Positions 58,479 to 64,000 of a stretch of 64,000 nt of DNA are shown piece after piece. Origin of the DNA: Penicillus capitatus (Eukaryota; Plantae; Chlorophyta); contig OZ287699.1 in assembly GCA_965649825.1 (NCBI GenBank), positions 434,001 through 498,000 of the forward strand, given 5' to 3'. The translations under genes were made by a program, and so were the position numbers. Every line of letters begins with the position of its first letter. The stretch's first letter is position 1. Under the pieces are notes generated by a model, which searched no databases, was not told the DNA's origin, and was given only the letters and a program-made list of their open reading frames with translations.

Positions 58479-61400
58479 TCAGGTCATCATTCTTTGCGCC
58501 ATCCCCGAACTCGGTCGGCGTTTTTTCTTCGACGCTTTAACGCATTGGCATTGCGCGTTGTGCATTGTACATTGCTGTTATCTTTGTGTGTGCGATTTTC
58601 AATGAGATATGGACTTTTGCCTTTTGTACGTCTGTCGAATCGAGGCAAACGAAGGCGAAGTCAAAGAAAGGAGCTCGAGCTGTGCACGACATCTGCATGT
58701 GGCGAAATGGCAATTAGCCAAGAGGCGTCCGACGACAACTACGAGTTATCTATCGTAAGTCTACATTCGATTGCCGCCAGACGTCGCAATCCGTCACCCA
58801 ACGTCGACCGTTTTCCTCTGTACAGTCGACCGAAAGCGACGCCGATCGGACGCCCGATTTCGAATCGAAGCCTCGGAGTCGATCTCCCGTAATGGAAGAG
58901 AATGCCACAAGCGTATCGAACTGTTGCGATGATGTACCACTCGTCGAGCGCCGTCGAGATTTGCCTCGCGTTTCGGTATCGTATCTGGAGACGGTGGCGG
59001 CCGACGTCTGTCGGTGGCAAACGCAGATCAATTCGATCATGCGATGCGTCTCGCACCGGAGCAGGCCGCGAAGTGACGAAATACAACGTCTCTGGAGACT
59101 GCGAATCGACAATCTACAGCATCAAAACAGAGAGCTCTTCAGTAACGCCCGTCTGCCATTTGGTCCAGCTCGTGCATACGACACACGGCGTTAGATACAC
59201 TCGATTTGATGAGCCACGAAAAAATGTCGGCCCTGAGAGAGATCGATAGATTGCAAGGGGAACTTCAGCGACGGGAGAAAGACGTTTCTGACCTCCATCG
59301 TCAGTGGAGCGACAAAGACGCCCGGCAAAAGAAGGTAGATGTCGGATTGAGTGAGAAAGAGTGTGAGATGACGGGGAGTTTAGGAACTCGAATCGCTGAA
59401 ACGGCAGATCGCGGAATTACAGGGACGCAATGCCAGCATCAAACGCATTGTAGACTCATCGTCAACGAATACCCCCATCCACGCACCGATTGCCACAGAC
59501 ATTCGATTGGCTCCAAAATCGCCGTGCGCTGCCGAAAGCGTTAAAGAAACCCATCACGCAATGCTCTTTAGAAAAACGAACGACGGCGTGGATGATCAAG
59601 ATGCTTCTCGTGGAGATGCATTGACATCTGACGGACGCCCGATCGCCTCGCAGATAGAGGCACTGCAGGTGATGTGGTTGGTGATCGTGGCGTCAACAGA
59701 CGGATTCGATGGCGTAGGCGTCGGTCACGACGATATCGAAACGTATCGAATCGGGAGAACTGCGAGGAAAACGACGAGGCGCATCGTCGAGACCGTCGCG
59801 CGATAATAATATTGATCGTGGCGCGCTGCACCGACCGAACACAAAGGAATCGGTTGAGACGACGCGAGATGCGTCGCGTCCTTCTTCGGCCATCGTTCCG
59901 ACGACGCCGCAGCTTGGAGAGGGGATCGCTGGCGGCGCTGGTAAACATGCAAAGCCACGTCACGTCACCGGAAAGAAAACGCGCCGTACGAATTCCGGTG
60001 TGCGTCATCGCGACACCGTTGCGACGGCAAGGGCCGAGATCCTTAACGCATCGCACCGAAGCCTGAGACTGCAACCCACTTGGCGTCCATGATCACCATC
60101 TATCTCTTCTTTCTTGTGAAAATCTAAACGTTCGACGGACGGTTTGTTTTCAATGATGCGATTGGACTTTGACGTCGTCGACGCTGTGCGCCCCGTCACG
60201 CTCACAGGACACACTCAAAAGGAAACGCAACCGACAGATTTGACCCGAGCGTTCGAAAGCAGCAGCAAATATCTAGACGTCATGGAAGTGGCTGCGATTA
60301 GAGGTGGCGTATCTTCAGCTCAACCGCAGGCAGGTTTCGGATAGGCGCGATGTCGATCGACACGACAGCAGCACGATTCGAAGGATGGAGATCGGTCCGC
60401 CCGGTAAGCACGCGATACCACGATCACTGCAGCGATACGCTCGGCGATCGTGGACGATTGTCTTTTCGTCTGCTCTCAGCGTTACCGACACGACACGCTT
60501 CAGTCCAATATCTTTGAATCGCTTTGCGTTCTTCTGCGTTTTCTTGAGGCTCAAGCAGTGTGGCTAAGTTTTGGTTTTCGCTCTAGATGCTCTGCGTTAT
60601 GTGCTCGGTCTGATGGTCATCGCTATCGGAGTGGTAGGGCAATCGCGATTATTCCACACACACATGACTCTTTCGGTTACAGTTGTTGCCTCTCGTTCTC
60701 GCCCTTGTGCGCCGAGAATCTCCTCCCTCCATGCAAATGTACCGCCACGCTTAGTGTTCGGTGGCGGCGGCGGCGGCGGAAAAGAATGGAGTGCTGGATC
60801 TCCATGGTCCACTGCTGTTACAATAGACGTCATCGATTATGTCTTTGTCATATCGTCAAGAAGGAGCAGGCGATAACGTCTAGACGAACCGCTAAGCAGC
60901 GACAGCTACATCACTTCTACGCGGTCACTAAGTGGTCTTTCAACTTGAAAGCTTCACTCAAAACTAACTTCCGGATTTAGAAAGAGCTGAAATGGTGTTG
61001 AGAATAACAGCAAGGGACTTAGAGGTCATCCACACTTAAGAATAGAAACGGGCGCGTAATGTATGACAGAGAACTGACGGAGGGTAGGCCGCACAGGCGA
61101 ATGTCAAACATGTTTTCAATCATCATGAAATGAGGCCCGGAAGTAAAAAGCTTGCCAAAAAACATTGTTAAGCACAAAGCGGCGAGGTATTGAAAGTCAC
61201 GTTCGACGAAGAACAACATCATTCATGTCTGTATTCGAAGATATGAGAAGGAAGCGTCACGACTTATTACTCGTGGTTCTACACATTCTCCATCTGCTTT
61301 TCAAATTGCCATCTGCACAAAGGCGGCGCCCGTGTGGATTCGACCTGTGTGAGAGATAGGCACGTACTTTACTTTACAGTAATGGCCGTCGCGTTGCATA

Positions 61401-61700
61401 AGGTATGCGGTCAATGTCAATCTTCCCCCGTCTGTGGACACCTCGTAGTTGTCTCGGCGAGTCGCCGCCGCTGGATGGTCCCACGTATAACTAGAGCAAA
61501 CACATCGTCATCGTCTCACTGAGATCATCCCTCCCCTTACATCATGCGCAACCCTCGTCTGTTGGTTTCTATGTGTGCTGACATCACACCGTCATACCGA
61601 TCGACGCGTGGAATTTTTGACATTTCGCCATTGACTGGCACTTCAACATTGTACAAGCCGAAGATCTCGGATTTTACGCAAAACAAATGACCCATCAGTT

Positions 61701-62435
61701 TTATCTGCGCGGCAATCGCAGCGCTTCGAAAGCGATCGAGATGTTTGGCGCACTCACTTCTAGCAAGATGTGTTGTTCGCGCCGATCAATCTCTTCTTTG
61801 TCCAGATCCATCAGTTGACAAAGATTCATGAGATGCACGGGTTCATCGTATCTCAGTTTCCATACAGCTTCCAAACCTTCGAGCCCAGATTTTGACTTCA
61901 ATCGTGTCTCGGAGCGCTCTGCTCTGCGCATGTCATCATCGCAGATCGAAATCTCGGATGTCGCCCTTTTCAGTTTTGGCGTCTGACACATCCCTGTCTC
62001 CTCGTAGCGGGTGTCTTCGCTCTGTTCAGAGAGCGTCAGCGGCTTCGTCCACCAAAGATGATCATCTGCTTCGAAAGGAATGGAACCCGAACACGGCAGT
62101 CCAGAATCGGGTAGGGTTTGGCTCTGGTGGCTGGAAATGGTGGTCATCAGCGACTGTCCGCTGTGATGTGATGCCAAACTCGACGCCTTTCTATATTTTT
62201 CCTTGAGCATTTCATCCACTTGTTGCATATGTATGGTGCCTTGAAGTGAGCGTTTGAGTTCCTTGTAGAGCGGGTTGCTTTCCCAAGTGCGAGGAGGTAT
62301 CGGGGCACTGAAATCGACACTCGAAAGAAATCTGGACAACAACTCCTCGGAGGAACCCCAAGCCGAACAACTCTCTTCATCCGAGAGGCGCTGACTTAAC
62401 ACGCCAACTCTCCGGTTTGACTGCCTCTGAGGCAT
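61701..62435 (-). CDS. Hypothetical protein (about 244 aa, single exon)
   Basis: Uninterrupted ORF, MPQRQSNRR... to ...FEALRLPRR*, with natural-looking composition and no recognised domain. Confidence 0.5.
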   Translation of the reverse strand: MPQRQSNRRVGVLSQRLSDEESCSAWGSSEELLSRFLSSVDFSAPIPPRTWESNPLYKELKRSLQGTIHMQQVDEMLKEKYRKASSLASHHSGQSLMTTISSHQSQTLPDSGLPCSGSIPFEADDHLWWTKPLTLSEQSEDTRYEETGMCQTPKLKRATSEISICDDDMRRAERSETRLKSKSGLEGLEAVWKLRYDEPVHLMNLCQLMDLDKEEIDRREQHILLEVSAPNISIAFEALRLPRR

Positions 62436-62591
62436 AACACGCTCGAAAAGGCAGCAAAACGGATGACACCTCTGTCCGGCGAAACAATGCCCGAAGCGAA
62501 AATGAAAGAACCCGTCCACAAAAGTCGCAGAACGTGTTTAGAGAAGGGACGGTTAAGATGGCATCCGTAGAAGCTCATTATCGGGCAGCGA

Positions 62592-64000
62592 TCACCATTG
62601 GTACTTGGCTTCGATCAGGACCTCGTGATAGCGCACGGCGACACAACTCCAGTCCAATTCCTGAACCATGCCACGCTGACGCAGCAGCCGGAACGACTCC
62701 GGAAACTGATGGTAGGTGTGGAGAGCATGGCCGACAGCCACTCGCAGAGATTCCGACTGCGCCCACTCGAACGTCCATCCCGTTCCGCTCTCTTCAAAGG
62801 GATTGAAAGGCTCTACCGTATCCCGAAGGCCTCCCACGGCATGCACGACAGGAACGGTACCGTAAGCAAGGGCATAGAGCTGTGTCAGGCCACATGGTTC
62901 GAAACGCGATGGCATGAGCAACAGGTCGCATCCAGCAGTGATGCGATGGGCTGTGGCGATGGAGAATCCCACCCAGCTGCGACATTGCTCCGGTCTTCGG
63001 CGCTCCATCTCGCGCAAATCCTCTTCCAGATCTTCACGTCCCTTTCCGAGAAACACGAGTTGAGCGCCTTCGCTCATGAGCCAATCGAAATTGTCGCGTA
63101 TCAAATCGACGCCTTTCTGATGATCGAGTCGACCGATGAATCCTAGCAGGGGTACCTTTGGTCGGATGGGCAGACCCAGTTCTCTTTGTAAGGCGGCTTT
63201 GCATGTTGCTTTCCGATCGAGAGACGTCAGCGAGTAGTTCACGTAGCCATCTCGTTGGAGATAAGGATCGGTAGCCGGATTCCAGATCGCACGATCGATT
63301 CCGTTCACGATGCCGCGGAGTTTCCAGCTTTGGTCTCTCAACACAGCATCCAAACCCCAACCGCCCTCTTCTGTCTGGCATTCCCAAGCATACCCGTGCG
63401 AGACGGCAACGATTCTGTGGCTGTGAATCAGCGCAGCCTTCATTAGATTCATGTGCTCTCCGCCGGTCGGATCGCAGAGACGGAAGGCGTCCGAGTAATG
63501 GTCGGGAATTTCGAACAGGGGTAGCTCAGATAATGGCCCACGTCCCTGAAAAGCAATGTTGTGAAGAACGAAGAGCGATCTGGCATAGAGCAGTTTCCCG
63601 TGTTCTTGATAGTGTGCCTGAACATATCGCCCTCTGTTGATTTGACAGAGAAAGAGTCTGTCTAACTTTTAGGTAGACAGGGAGCAAAGCTGAATGCCAG
63701 TCATTGGCGATAAAGACAAGACTGGCGTCTCCATACACAACGCCGCCACAAGGAACGTGCCACGGTGTTTCCAGAGCTGCTTTGCAGAGCAGGGCACAAC
63801 GAAACGTCACATCAAGTCTAGATCCACCATACAGGTCGTTGCCTCTGTTGTGAAAAGAGGGATGATCGACGAACACAAAATCCACTCCATCTCTAAACGT
63901 GTGATAGTATGCCACCTGGGCAAGAAACGCAGATTGTCTTGGAAGGAATGGTCATTTGGTTCGTGCTTCGTGCAGGGCACCGAAAACACGGTAGTGCATC
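62592..64000 (-). CDS. Soluble starch synthase II (GT5), 5'-partial
   Basis: [83 protein letters not shown], and C-terminal AKYQW typical of SSII. Confidence 0.93.

Noticed and set aside
58500-61600. Several short ORFs (coiled-coil at 59206-59544, Arg-rich at 59674-60066, Gly-run at 60571-60876)
   Set aside because: They may be exons of real genes, but I could not assemble a consistent model or recognise a family.
1-64000. Non-standard genetic code (TAA/TAG = Gln, as in some ulvophyte algae), prompted by many TGA stops and the TAG at 5361
   Set aside because: Long host and retroelement ORFs (842, 925 and 1293 codons) contain no in-frame TAR, and QC and Ran genes end in TAA or TAG at expected positions.

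Overview
Eukaryotic, intron-rich (about 45-60 nt introns, mostly GT-AG), compact nuclear DNA. It is most likely from a chlorophyte green alga; this is inferred from starch synthase II, DUF3067, plant-type glutaminyl cyclase and RUNKEL-like genes, and the species is not determined. Host genes: ABCG 3' end, a secreted trypsin fused to about 12 ankyrin repeats, two TRIC channel and two glutaminyl cyclase paralogs, four MATH-MATH(-RING) genes, DRG GTPase, a divergent Ran, DUF3067, a RUNKEL/ULK4-like kinase domain, a uridine-kinase-like P-loop protein whose stop overlaps the NAA35 start (TGATG), a large beta-helix/Cys-rich/multi-TM protein, and starch synthase II. Mobile DNA: two young, full-length Ty3/gypsy LTR elements (4864-9964 +, 21465-27875 -) with 5-bp TSDs and the same unusual PBS; an ORF1-only LINE derivative nested in the second element; and a decayed relative inside a large inverted duplication (about 10.6-18.3 kb vs 39.1-47.2 kb). 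Most interesting signal: the Gag regions of these retrotransposons carry predicted transmembrane helices. The first element has no room for a recognisable capsid domain and no in-frame ATG, and appears to splice an upstream membrane/coiled-coil ORF onto NC-PR-RT-RH-IN. This is a candidate membrane-anchored, possibly capsid-less retrotransposon family. All calls are by-eye motif recognition; no searches were run.
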